The notes under the pieces: generated by a model
Told to the model about the DNA's origin: nothing
The model's input: the letters and a program-made list of their open reading frames with translations, nothing else
Database searches by the model: none
Part shown: piece by piece, positions 51,414 through 61,858 of the stretch
Layout: the number at the start of each line of letters is the position of its first letter
Numbering within the stretch: position 1 is the first letter of the stretch
NCBI GenBank assembly: GCA_963710375.1
Contig: CAVPZX010000002.1
Location: 160,001 to 224,000 of the forward strand
From: Nitrospirota bacterium
GTDB taxonomy: Bacteria > Nitrospirota > Thermodesulfovibrionia > Thermodesulfovibrionales > Dissulfurispiraceae
Direction of reading: 5' to 3'
DNA: 64,000 nt
Program-made: the position numbers and the translations under genes

Positions 51414-53000
51414 ATGGGACAGACGGACAAGCCAAACATCGCGCTGTTGTCAGGAAATGAGGCCATCGGCAGGGGGGCTATCGAATCCGGTATTTCCCTT
51501 GCCACGAGCTATGCCGGCACGCCGGCTACAGAGATACTGGAGTACATAGCCAGCAATTCACCCGGTGATGCTGAATGGGCTGTGAACGAAAAGGTCGCAC
51601 TCGAAACAGCGATCGGCGCCTCTTATGCAAACAAGAGAGTTCTCTGCTCGATGAAGCACGTAGGCCTTAATGTCGCGGCAGACCCTCTTATGACTGCTTC
51701 GTACCTTGGAACAAAAGGCGGCCTGGTTCTTGCCATCGGCGATGATCCCGGAGCTTATTCCTCACAAAACGAGCAGGATTCCCGTTTTTATGCAAGATTC
51801 GCAAAGATACCGTGCCTTGAGCCGAGCGACTCCCAGGAAGCCAAAGACATGACAATCAGGGCTTTCGACCTTTCTGAAAAATTCCGGCTTCCTGTGATGC
51901 TCAGGACCCTTACAAGGGTTTCGCATGCTTATTCCCCTGTCCGGACCGGGACACCGAGGGAGGAAAACAGGCTTTCACTCGAAAAGGACCCTGACAGAAT
52001 GCTGGCTATACCTAAAAATGTTATCAGGCTGCACTCTGCTTTAAACAAAAAATATGACGAATTGAAAGAGTGGACAGAAGCGTCAAAGCTCAACGTAATA
52101 TCCAGGAACAAACAGAAAAAAGGCATCATCGCATGCGGTATTGCCTATGCGTATGCGAAGGAATACGGCGATGATTTTGCGTTACTTAAGATTTCCGCTT
52201 ATCCTGTAAGCGAAAAGATTGTCAAGAAATTTGTAAGGGGGCTTGACGAGGTCTGGGTCCTCGAAGAAGGTGAGCCTATAATAGAGGAAATGGCAAGGAA
52301 GTACTCTAAGAAAGTGAGAGGCAGGATGGGTGGTGAACTCAGGTCTGAAGGTGAACTGGGCCCTGATGCTCTTACAAAATATATTTCCGAAGGGACTGTT
52401 GCAAATCGCCCTCCGGATTCAGCAGACCCGCTCCCGCTGAGGCCCCCGGTAATGTGTCCCGGTTGCCCCCACCGCGAGTTTTACAAGGCGTTGAAGGCTG
52501 CAGGCCCTTCGTTCACGACTGGCGACATAGGGTGCTATACGCTTGGCGCAACGCCGCCGCTGAATGCCCTCGATACCTGTTTGTGCATGGGAGCGAGCAT
52601 AGGCAAGGCGGCAGGCATCGCAAAGCAGGGAGTAAAAAGAACTGCAGCTGTCATCGGGGACTCAACATTCATGCATTCCGGAATTACCGGGTTGATCAAT
52701 GCAGTCTATAACAGGGCAAATATAACAGTTTTTATACTCGATAACTCCTCGACAGCAATGACTGGACATCAGCCCACTCCTCTCATCGGTATTTCAGCAA
52801 AAGGGGAGGAAGCCGGCAAGGTCGATCTCGAAGCCCTTTGTCTGGCCTGCGGGGTCAAGTCCGTTACTGTAGTTGACCCATATAATATAGAGGCAACAGA
52901 AAAAGTAATCAGGGAAAAACTCGACGCCGAAGGAGTAAACGTAGTAATCTCACGCAAACCTTGCCTGCTGGTGCGGAAGATAAGGGCTCGCGAACCCTAA
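51414..53000 (+). CDS. iorA: Indolepyruvate:ferredoxin oxidoreductase alpha subunit
   Basis: GNEAI, NEKVALE, MKHVGLNVAAD, SSQNEQD, CPGCPH, GDIGCY, GDSTFMHSG. Confidence 0.93.
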   Translation: MGQTDKPNIALLSGNEAIGRGAIESGISLATSYAGTPATEILEYIASNSPGDAEWAVNEKVALETAIGASYANKRVLCSMKHVGLNVAADPLMTASYLGTKGGLVLAIGDDPGAYSSQNEQDSRFYARFAKIPCLEPSDSQEAKDMTIRAFDLSEKFRLPVMLRTLTRVSHAYSPVRTGTPREENRLSLEKDPDRMLAIPKNVIRLHSALNKKYDELKEWTEASKLNVISRNKQKKGIIACGIAYAYAKEYGDDFALLKISAYPVSEKIVKKFVRGLDEVWVLEEGEPIIEEMARKYSKKVRGRMGGELRSEGELGPDALTKYISEGTVANRPPDSADPLPLRPPVMCPGCPHREFYKALKAAGPSFTTGDIGCYTLGATPPLNALDTCLCMGASIGKAAGIAKQGVKRTAAVIGDSTFMHSGITGLINAVYNRANITVFILDNSSTAMTGHQPTPLIGISAKGEEAGKVDLEALCLACGVKSVTVVDPYNIEATEKVIREKLDAEGVNVVISRKPCLLVRKIRAREP

Positions 53001-53006
53001 AAATAG

Positions 53007-53232
53007 CTGCAAGTCAGACAGTACAGGGTTGTTTTTCTGCAGTCGAGCGCCTGGGTTATCTGCAGTGGGCGAGTAACCTGCACCCCAAAAAGTCTTTGAC
53101 TTTTTGGGGACCCCGTCCGCCGAGCCCACCTTTTCAATTGGAACACGGATGGTTTGCCGTACAGCCAGCAGGACTGGCACAGCGGGCTAATCGCTCGCAA
53201 AGAAAAATTACCCTGTACTGTCTGACTTGCAG
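53007..53232. mobile_element. MITE-like palindromic element, copy B (226 bp, with 41-bp nested hairpin)
   Basis: Perfect 23-bp ends CTGCAAGTCAGACAGTACAGGGT / ACCCTGTACTGTCTGACTTGCAG. Confidence 0.9.
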
Positions 53233-53242
53233 TTTTCCTTTA

Positions 53243-53647
53243 TCACTTGCTTTCCCTTCTGGGCAGCGGCAGCGCAGTCGCCATTCCCTGTGCTATAAGC
53301 TTTCCGGATGTTTCACTCTCTGCCTTGAATTCGACCACCAGCAAACTTTTGCCCTTATGCACAGTCCTGGCCTCGGCCCGCACAAAATCTCCCTTTGTCG
53401 TAGAGCGGAATATGTTAAAACTGCACTGTACACCAACAGCGTCAACAATGGAGTTGACAGCCAGCGCGAATGCAACGTCCATCATCCCGAAGATAAGTCC
53501 GCCGTGGGCAATCCCGTGGGCATTGAGGAATTCTTCCTTCACCTCTGCCCGAACAACAGCATATCCCTCTGACGCTTCCACCAATTCCATGCCAAAGAGA
53601 TGAAAGAGCCTATCGCCCTCGATAATCTTCTTTATCCTGCCCATCAA
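53243..53647 (-). CDS. paaI: PaaI-family hotdog-fold thioesterase
   Basis: NAHGIAHGG...MDVAFALA. Confidence 0.85.
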   Translation of the reverse strand: MMGRIKKIIEGDRLFHLFGMELVEASEGYAVVRAEVKEEFLNAHGIAHGGLIFGMMDVAFALAVNSIVDAVGVQCSFNIFRSTTKGDFVRAEARTVHKGKSLLVVEFKAESETSGKLIAQGMATALPLPRRESK

Positions 53648-53948
53648 GCCCCCCGTTAAATCAGAAAGAACTCAGCGCCGGAGCCATATTATTTATTACC
53701 TTCGGTAGAAATTACAAGTAACTTTCCAGCGTACACTTCATTCTTGCGTGTCTTAGCCGGCAAATCAATATTTCCAATTCTAATTATCTACCCTTTATCG
53801 CATCTCCAGATCGAGGAAGGATAGGCGCATCACTCAAAATCTTTTTTTTCTCACCGTCCTGAACAAAACAGCAACTGTATCTTAGAAAATCTATCAGTCT
53901 GTAATAAACAACTTAAGCATATTAGTTATTAACGTGGAATAATTACCA

Positions 53949-53971
53949 TACTATGGAAACTTTCCATAGTA
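53949..53971. promoter_or_regulatory. Perfect palindrome, possible regulator site
   Basis: TACTATGGAAA-C-TTTCCATAGTA, about 40 bp upstream of a sigma-54 motif. Confidence 0.5.
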
Positions 53972-54010
53972 ATCCCATGCATGCTCCCTAAATAATCAAG
54001 AAGTTAGCTT

Positions 54011-54027
54011 TTGGCATTAGTATTGCA
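54011..54027 (+). promoter_or_regulatory. Putative sigma-54 promoter of phosphoesterase cluster
   Basis: TTGGCATTAGTATTGCA, GG-N10-GC. Confidence 0.6.
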
Positions 54028-54152
54028 GTGAAATACTGTCAGAGTCGCTGAACTCAAATATAATTAAGCAAGCAAAGGTGCACAACACCAATAACTGGGT
54101 TTATGACATTCGCGTTTGATAAATAAATTACGTCTTATTAAAGGAGGATTTT

Positions 54153-56226
54153 ATGATAAACGATGACTCAAAAAAGAGCAAGATTCTGGCTGGTACCGAT
54201 TTAACATTAGTTCGTGACAGCTCTGACTTTAATATGGTCCGTGGCATAACCCGACGGGATTTCGTTAAATATTCTGTCGGAACAGTTGCGGGCCTCTATC
54301 TCGGAACACTGTACACCGGGTGCGCCGGTAACAGTGGCGGCAGTCAGATTGCATCATATCCGATTGATCCATCCGGAGTCGTTACGACAGCGCAGCGGAT
54401 GATAACGTTCCCCATGCCTGGGATGAATGGTGCACCGGCGAACCCTACTGCTCCAGGTTCAGGCACAGGGCTTTACAAGACCGAACTTTGCCAGATTTCG
54501 CAATATGCACAGTTTGGATATGGCGTCTATACGCTTAACGGCGAACCTCTTCCTATAGTTCAGCGAACTGACCTTATGCCGTCAGGATATACCAATCCCA
54601 GCCCTGTCCGGCTTCAGAAGTTTGCGAGATTTTTTACCATAAGCGACCTCCATATCACTGATAAGGAATCTCCGAACCAGTCTGATTTATCTTCAGCAGG
54701 AGGATGCCCAATACGGAGCGCCTTCAACAGCAGTCTATTCGCCTGTAATGATGTATACAACCCATATCCTCGATGCTGCTATCCAGACAATAAATGCCCT
54801 TCACAATCAAATTCCATTTAATTTTGGCATTTCTCTGGGCGACACATGCAACAGCACCCAGTATAACGAGCTAAGGTGGTACATGGATGTCATTGACGGC
54901 AAAGTAATAACCCCCAGCACTGGTGCAAATCTAGGGGCCGCCACCATCGATTATCAAAGACCCTATCAGGCCGCCGGTCTCAATCCGGCAATCCCATGGT
55001 ATCAGACTATGGGCAATCACGATCATTTCTTTATTGGTTCTGTTCCAGTAGATGCAAATCCAGCTTTAGGTATTCGCAATGCTTACCTCAGTAACCAGAT
55101 TTGGGCAGCAGGTGATGTACTTGCCCCACTGCCACTCTCTACTCTGATATCAACCTTCCCTTGCACCCACGACACATATGCCGCGATAGAGGCGAGGTCT
55201 TTTTATATGGGCGTGTTCGACGGATCGACTCCAACCGGGACCATAAAAGGTGCGGGGTCTGTCACATCAATTAGCACTCCGCCGACAGTTGCAGCCGACC
55301 CGAATCGCCGCTCGCTTTTGAGAACCGAGTGGATACAGGAATACTTCAATACGACCACAAGTCCTGCCGGCCACGGATTCAACCTTGTAGACCCTTCCAT
55401 GCCGAGCGGTTTTACCTGTTATAGCTTTGTGCCGAATTCAGCTATCCCTCTCAAAATTATTGTGCTGGACGTTACCCAATCGGAAAACGACGGCTCGCAT
55501 GATATTCACGGGCATGGCTTCCTTGACACAACGCGGTGGGCCTGGCTGCAGGCCGAACTTGCCGCCGGGCAGGCTTCCAATCAGCTCATGATTATTGCCG
55601 CGCATAATCCGTTAGGTGTGGCAACAATCGGTTCTGAATATGAATGGTGGGAGTCTGCCAACGATCCCAATGCTACAATGTCTAACGCGGTGACCTTGAC
55701 AGAACTTGTTCAGACTCTATGGAACACGCCGAACCTTTTGATGTGGATTGCAGGGCACAGGCATGTCAACACAGTCAAGGGATTCCCTTCGCCCAATGCG
55801 CCAGAACAGGGCTTCTGGCAGGTAGAAACATGCGCACTTAAAGAGTTCCCGCAACAGTTCCGCACTTTCGACATATACCTGAACAGCGATTATTCAATTT
55901 CGATCGTCACAGTCAATGTTGATCCTGCGGTTGCAGCAGGAACTCCGGCAGCAACAGGGCGGTCTTATTCAATCGCAGCCTGTCAGATAATACAGAACAA
56001 TGCGGTTCAGAACAACGTAAATGCATCGTCAATACCTGGACTTGGCAATATCGATACCATGGATCCATCTCGTCCGCAGAACAATCAGACTGATCCAACG
56101 ATCAAGTACACAACGCTGGCCACTGTTCCGTACTGCGCATCTTACAATGCCGAACTGTTCAAATATTTGAATCCCAATTCCAGCATGTATGCAACATTGA
56201 AGGCGATGTTTCCAGCGGCTACTTAA
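54153..56226 (+). pseudogene. Tat-exported metallophosphoesterase split by +1 frameshift (probably sequencing error)
   Basis: TRRDFVK, SDLHITDKESP, LGD, GNHDH, AGHRH; removing T54681 gives continuous NQLIYLQQ...PVMMYTT. Confidence 0.85.
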
Positions 56227-56305
56227 GCGTAATCAGAGGTAAAGAATATAGATCCCCGGCATTCCATACCGAGGATTATAAAAAACATAAAGGAGTAATA
56301 AAATT

Positions 56306-57784
56306 GTGAAAAACAGTAAAGACAGTAAAGACGATTACTTGAATTCAGTTCTCGATGGTTGTGGTATAAAAGGGATAACCAGGCGTGATTTCATAAAGTA
56401 CTCGGCAGCAACTGTTGCCGGCACTTATCTCGCTGGTATGAGCGCATGCGGTGGAGGTGGAGGCGGGTCCTCCAACAGCACCTTCCCGGTGCTTGTTTTC
56501 TCGGATGTTCATTTCGATCCTCTTTACGATCAAACGCTTTATCCGTTGCTTAATTCTTCGGATCCCAGCCAATGGGCGAGTATTTTTCAGACATCAACAA
56601 TAACAACACCTCCAACATGGGGAAATGATACTAACTACCCTTTGCTCAAGCTCGCCCTTGCAAACATAAGTCAAAACCTTGGGTCGTGTCCGCTTGTTAT
56701 CTACACAGGCGATATTCTTGGGCATAACATTCCGAATAGGTTTTTCTCTCTTTACGGAAGTTCAGGTGTTGCCGCCACCGCAGCCTTAGAGGCATTTACT
56801 GATAAAGCGGTGTCATTCTTTACAAGTCAGGTGAGGGCTGCACTCGGGAATGTTCCAGTCCTGTTTGCTGTCGGGAACCTTGATTCTTATACTGGTTGGG
56901 GGCCGGACAGCGCTTTCCTTTCCAGTAATGCGGGAAACTTTTACACAAATTTCTTGAATGGAATTACGGACCAGCCGACTTTTAATAGCACCTTTACTGC
57001 CGGAGGATATTATACTTGCCGGCCGCTTGGAAAAAATCTGGTGGTGATAGGAATTAACACAATTTTGCTCGCCAATGGTGTCCCGGTTGACAACAGCGCT
57101 GCAGTGGCAACTGAAATTGCATGGCTTGATTCCCAGCTTGCTGCAGCCCAGGCTGCCGGCCAACAAGTGTGGCTTTTAATGCATGTGCCGCCTGGCGCTG
57201 TCGTAGCTGCAACGGTCGCAAACGGTCTTCCGGTTACAGCAACGTCAGCCTCTATGATGTTGGTGCCAAATTACCAGTCAAACCTTATGACCACACTTCA
57301 GAAATATCCGGGGCTTATAAGTTTAACGCTTGGAGCCCATACCCATATGGATGAATATCGCATCATGTCGCCCACTAATAATGTACTCGAAATAACACCT
57401 TCTATAGCCCCGTTTTTTGGCAATAACCCGGCTTTCAAGATATTTACAATTTCTTCCAGTACATATCAGCCTGTAGATTATGTTTCCATAAATTACGACC
57501 TCGCTACCTTGCCGTCACAGTTTAACAGCTATTACACTTTTTCGGCATCGTATGCTATGCAAGGTTCCCTGAATACTTCCTTAACAAATCTATATCCATT
57601 GCTTAAAACGAATAGCGCACAACAGTCACTTTACCAGGGGTACTATTTTTCCGGGAATAATTATTCTGCTCCAGCTGCCATTACCGAGAGTCTTCCGATT
57701 ACCGATGCGAACTGGCCTGTTTTCTGGAGCAGTATCGATAACATGGATGTAACAGCACTTATCAGTGGTATTAATACCTATTGA
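56306..57784 (+). CDS. Tat-exported calcineurin-like metallophosphoesterase (acid-sphingomyelinase-like), probable lipoprotein
   Basis: TRRDFIK, MSAC, SDVHFD, TGDILGH, GNLD, MHVPPG, AHTHMDE. Confidence 0.85.
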   Translation: MKNSKDSKDDYLNSVLDGCGIKGITRRDFIKYSAATVAGTYLAGMSACGGGGGGSSNSTFPVLVFSDVHFDPLYDQTLYPLLNSSDPSQWASIFQTSTITTPPTWGNDTNYPLLKLALANISQNLGSCPLVIYTGDILGHNIPNRFFSLYGSSGVAATAALEAFTDKAVSFFTSQVRAALGNVPVLFAVGNLDSYTGWGPDSAFLSSNAGNFYTNFLNGITDQPTFNSTFTAGGYYTCRPLGKNLVVIGINTILLANGVPVDNSAAVATEIAWLDSQLAAAQAAGQQVWLLMHVPPGAVVAATVANGLPVTATSASMMLVPNYQSNLMTTLQKYPGLISLTLGAHTHMDEYRIMSPTNNVLEITPSIAPFFGNNPAFKIFTISSSTYQPVDYVSINYDLATLPSQFNSYYTFSASYAMQGSLNTSLTNLYPLLKTNSAQQSLYQGYYFSGNNYSAPAAITESLPITDANWPVFWSSIDNMDVTALISGINTY

Positions 57785-57849
57785 TGCTGACAGATTGCGG
57801 GCTTAACCGTTTAAAAACGCACAAGAGGATTATTACCAGTTTGAATAGA

Positions 57850-59307
57850 ATGTTTATTGTACGGTCACTGTTCTTGATTCTCGCTCTGGCGCTGCTGGCA
57901 GGATGTGGAGGCAGTTCCGGCTCCAGCTCCTATGTTCCATCTCCGCTAAGCGCCGGCAACATCAACCTGATCTTTGTGGTAAGCGACGATTTAGCTTACA
58001 ACGCTTCCGGCGACATCAATCCGAGCACGGCAAACCTCACCAATCAGGGTTTGCAGCGTTCGCTTCTAATGGCCACATACCTTCAACAGCAGGTGCTTGG
58101 AGCACAGAATGTAACCGGCATTTATGTCCTCGAACCGATGACCCATTTGCAAACCGCAAACAATTACCCTGACATGGTTGCAATTTGGTCCATTCAGCAG
58201 TTTGCCCTTCTCAACCAAGTCTCTTTATCTATCGGTACTGGCACGCCATATACCGGTAACAGCTACCCGCTCAATGCGTCATATGCATCAGGTTATGTGC
58301 CAAAAGGCGTTGCTACGCCGTTGTTTTCCTGTCCAGGTTGTCAAGGGCTGGATTTTAACGATACGGGAGGCAACAATGAAGCGCTGATAGCCGATATCGT
58401 AAAAGCAAATGTCCCCGGCTTTTATGTCTTCTCCGCTCCTTGGGAGACAACCATCGCCATGTTGGCAAATATCAACAAGCTTTACGGATATAACCTGAAT
58501 ATTCCCGCGTCATATATAAGCCCAAACTATGTCTATGCGATATCCATCTCCACATACGGAGGAGCCGGCCTGGTTACATATAACAGCAATCTGAACCCGC
58601 CTTCTACCTATCCTGTGTTGCCATCACCAGTGGCCGGCGCCTCATGCACAGCACAGGCACCTTTCAGCATCACAGTTACGGGGGGTAGTAATGGGGCTGT
58701 AATTCCCAAAGGAATCAACACCAACGAAACGGTTTACCTGATACGTCACGCCGAGGCGCATCCGTGGACCGGTTGGGACGACGGCAACTATGTGGGTGCG
58801 GGGCAATGGCGTGCGCTGTACCTTCCGAACGCCCTGAAAGGCAAAATCAGCCCAACACAGGTTTTTTCAATCGACCCCGCACAGGTTTATCCCGATTCGT
58901 TGGTTATTGCGGGTAATCCCAATTCTTCTTATGTCAGGCCCTCATTAACAGTAGAACCATATGCAATCGCCAATAACTTGCCCTATTATCTGGTCTCAGG
59001 TTTAGAGATATTCAATATTACGAACTCGCCCCAACTCACCAGCAATTTTTTCTTCTTTGGCAGCGCATTTTCCAATCAGGTAGTGCTACTGGCATGGGAG
59101 CACGGTCACTTTCCTCCAACAGTAGATGCGCTTGTTTCAAGCTATTTTCCATCCGGTGGTGGCCAAACCGCGCCAGCATGGCCGGACAGCGACTACGACA
59201 CTATCTGGACCGTGACACTCGACGCCAAGGGCAACCTGACGGTGAACAACGCTCTGTGCGAAGGCATAGATTCCACGCAGCTGCCAGTCACAGCACCTCA
59301 ATTCTGA
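57850..59307 (+). CDS. Lipoprotein with histidine-phosphatase-like motif
   Basis: Lipobox LAGC, LIRHAE, GQWRA, VRPSLT, AWEH. Confidence 0.7.
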   Translation: MFIVRSLFLILALALLAGCGGSSGSSSYVPSPLSAGNINLIFVVSDDLAYNASGDINPSTANLTNQGLQRSLLMATYLQQQVLGAQNVTGIYVLEPMTHLQTANNYPDMVAIWSIQQFALLNQVSLSIGTGTPYTGNSYPLNASYASGYVPKGVATPLFSCPGCQGLDFNDTGGNNEALIADIVKANVPGFYVFSAPWETTIAMLANINKLYGYNLNIPASYISPNYVYAISISTYGGAGLVTYNSNLNPPSTYPVLPSPVAGASCTAQAPFSITVTGGSNGAVIPKGINTNETVYLIRHAEAHPWTGWDDGNYVGAGQWRALYLPNALKGKISPTQVFSIDPAQVYPDSLVIAGNPNSSYVRPSLTVEPYAIANNLPYYLVSGLEIFNITNSPQLTSNFFFFGSAFSNQVVLLAWEHGHFPPTVDALVSSYFPSGGGQTAPAWPDSDYDTIWTVTLDAKGNLTVNNALCEGIDSTQLPVTAPQF

Positions 59308-59398
59308 CCGTCTCTACGGCGGCGGCTTTGTAGAGTTCTATTGGTTGAAACCGGGTTACAAGCATGAGTTCAAAAAGCTAGAGGCTCTCAAAAATAGC

Positions 59399-59432
59399 CA
59401 AGCTCTCAAAGGGGTCAAGCTCTCAAAGGGGT
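59399..59432 (+). repeat. 17-bp tandem duplication overlapping left transposon end
   Basis: CAAGCTCTCAAAGGGGT x2. Confidence 0.8.
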
Positions 59433-60437
59433 CAGACTTGACTATTGACATTTTAACCTTTTGTCCTTAATGCTTTTGATTACTTTTTCAATTTCCTTTT
59501 TTAGACCTTCCCTTTCTCTTAAATGCCTTGTGATCATCGCAGGGTCCTTTTTTGTGAATTCAGCTATCTCTTTACCTCTATGCCCGTATTCCCTTGCTGT
59601 AAGAGTCATTAGTTTTCTGCCAAGCGATATGTCCCTGTTTTTGCCTTTCCCTCTGATTTCTTTAAGTGTAATCCCATATGCTTCCTCTATCCCTCCTGCG
59701 ATTTCGGATAATTTATACTCCTTGGTCCTTCTACCCGATTCTATGCTTCTATCATAGTTCTCCATAACTTTGTCCGCAAACCTCTCATCTCCAAGTATCC
59801 TCTGGTCGATTGTGCTGTATAGTTCATCTTTTTTGGCTGATAAACCATCACCCATATATGCCCTGTAAAGCTTCCTCGCGGCTGTCTTGTCCTCTGAGAA
59901 CATCCTCAACACCTGATCTGTATCTATTATGTCTTTCCCGTCTGACTTTTTGGCATAACTATGCTGGCTGCTCCATTGATATTCATCGGGTGTCTTCACT
60001 ATACCTGCTCTCACGGGGTTAAGATGTATGTATTTGATTAGGGCAAGCAGATACTCATCCATGTCACATAATATTGCCTTATACCTACCCTGAAACAGAT
60101 GGCCGACTGTTTTGTATTTTCTGTTGAATCGTACTGTGTAGCTCTGGTTAACCCCCTGTAGTATTTTTGAAAGCGGCACCTTTGTTGTTTCGATTAACAG
60201 ATGTACGTGATTATTCATAAGAATATAGGCGTAAAGGTAATATTTGTATCTATCCTTGTATCTTCCAAGAATCTCAAGATATTTCTGTAAGTCTTCTGTG
60301 TCTCTGAATATCTTCTGTTTCTGATTGCCCCTCGTTATTACATGATAGAAGGCTCCCTCAAATTCTATTCTCGGTTTCCGCGCCATAAAAAAGATTAGCA
60401 ACTATTCTCTCAAATGTCAATAGTCAAGTCTGACCCC
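59428..60437 (-). mobile_element. Y1/RAYT-type element bounded by 26-bp perfect inverted repeats
   Basis: GGGGTCAGACTTGACTATTGACATTT at 59428-59453 and its reverse complement at 60412-60437; no target duplication visible. Confidence 0.85.
59442..60386 (-). CDS. REP-associated tyrosine transposase (Y1 HUH) with C-terminal helical extension
   Basis: MARKPR, YHVITRGN, MNNHVHLL (HUH), GHLFQGRY, YIHLNPVRAG, YQWSS. Confidence 0.92.
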   Translation of the reverse strand: MARKPRIEFEGAFYHVITRGNQKQKIFRDTEDLQKYLEILGRYKDRYKYYLYAYILMNNHVHLLIETTKVPLSKILQGVNQSYTVRFNRKYKTVGHLFQGRYKAILCDMDEYLLALIKYIHLNPVRAGIVKTPDEYQWSSQHSYAKKSDGKDIIDTDQVLRMFSEDKTAARKLYRAYMGDGLSAKKDELYSTIDQRILGDERFADKVMENYDRSIESGRRTKEYKLSEIAGGIEEAYGITLKEIRGKGKNRDISLGRKLMTLTAREYGHRGKEIAEFTKKDPAMITRHLREREGLKKEIEKVIKSIKDKRLKCQ

Positions 60438-60489
60438 TATGGCCTGGCCTTTGGGGTGGCAAGTTAGCAGTCGTTCAAGAGACACTACA

Positions 60490-61788
60490 CTATAATTTTC
60501 TCTTGTCTATTACCCTTTGGGCCTTGCCACCAGGCCTCTCGATGGTATCCTTCTCCACAGGCCTGAACTCTACCGGTATGGAGAGTTCAGACGCAAGTCT
60601 GGCCTTAACTGTCTCGATGAACTCCCCGGGGTTTTTCATCTGCTCCGCGAGAATGGATTCGGATACCTCGAACAGCACGGTCAACTCATCCCTGGAGCCT
60701 TTGCGCTCAATTATGATCTGATAATGCGGCTCAGCGCCACCGATGTCGAAAAGCACAGACTCCACCTGGGATGGGAATATATTTATTCCCTTTACTTTTA
60801 TCATGTCGTCCGTCCTGCCCATAACTTTGCCCATTCTGACTAGTGTCCTGCCGCAAGGGCACGGCCCAGGCAGAAGACTGGTAAGGTCTCTTGTCCTGTA
60901 CCGGATCAACGGGAAGGCTTCATTTGTGAGGGTTGTAATGACCAGCTCGCCTGGTTTTCCAGGAGCGACGGGAGCAAGCGTTTCCGGATCAACCACCTCC
61001 ACCAAAAAATGGTCTTCATTGATGTGAAGACCGTTGCGTTCAAGGCATTCACCGGCAACGCCCGGTCCCATGACCTCGCTAAGCCCGTAATTGTCTGTTG
61101 CGATTATCTTGAGCTTTTCCTGAAGTTCCTGGCGAAGCCCTTCAGACCAGGGCTCGGCGCCGAAAAGGCCGTACTTAAGTGAAAACGAGTTGACGTTTAT
61201 CCGCATCTCGATTATCGTATCCGCAATGGCAAGCGCATAGCCCGGAGTACACACAAGCGCGGTTGTCCTGAAATCCTGCATTATTTTTACCTGCCCCCTG
61301 GTATTCCCGCTCGATGTCGGGATGACCGATGCGCCTAACCTCTCTGCACCGTAATGGAGGCCCAGCGCTCCTGTAAAAAGACCGTAGTCGAAGGCTATCT
61401 GAACGATGTCGTTCTGCGTAACTCCCCCGGCAGTAAGTATTCGGGCAGCGAGATTAGACCAATTTTTTATATCGTTGCTCGTATAGCCGACCACCGTAGG
61501 TGTGCCTGTAGTTCCTGATGAAGCCTGCATCCTGACAACTTCCCTTAAAGGGACGGCGAACATGCCGTAGGGATAGCTTTCTCTCAGGTCGTCCTTGGTG
61601 GTGAATGGAAGTCTTTGAAGATCTTCCAGTGAACGAAAACTGTCGGGGTCCATCGAAAGTTCATCGAATTGCCTTCTATAAAAAGGGACATTCATATATA
61701 CTCTGAACAGCGTTGACTGCAGGCGCTCCAGCTGCAACTGTTCGAGTTCCTCTCTCGGCATGCACTCCTTCACGGCTTCCCAGTACAT
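60490..61788 (-). CDS. paaK: Phenylacetate--CoA ligase family protein
   Basis: LPFTTK, SSGTTG, YGLSE, RYRTRD, GRTDDM. Confidence 0.92.
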   Translation of the reverse strand: MYWEAVKECMPREELEQLQLERLQSTLFRVYMNVPFYRRQFDELSMDPDSFRSLEDLQRLPFTTKDDLRESYPYGMFAVPLREVVRMQASSGTTGTPTVVGYTSNDIKNWSNLAARILTAGGVTQNDIVQIAFDYGLFTGALGLHYGAERLGASVIPTSSGNTRGQVKIMQDFRTTALVCTPGYALAIADTIIEMRINVNSFSLKYGLFGAEPWSEGLRQELQEKLKIIATDNYGLSEVMGPGVAGECLERNGLHINEDHFLVEVVDPETLAPVAPGKPGELVITTLTNEAFPLIRYRTRDLTSLLPGPCPCGRTLVRMGKVMGRTDDMIKVKGINIFPSQVESVLFDIGGAEPHYQIIIERKGSRDELTVLFEVSESILAEQMKNPGEFIETVKARLASELSIPVEFRPVEKDTIERPGGKAQRVIDKRKL

Positions 61789-61858
61789 AGCACCCCTCCT
61801 CTTTTAAAAAAATCTAATGTTGGATGTTCAGCTCAAATTATTCATAAATTCTGTCCAA

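Noticed and set aside
52950..53242. Short ORFs over palindromic elements (also 43563-43816, 47465-47698, 61838-62047)
   Set aside because: They are translations of the repeat elements, with no independent coding evidence
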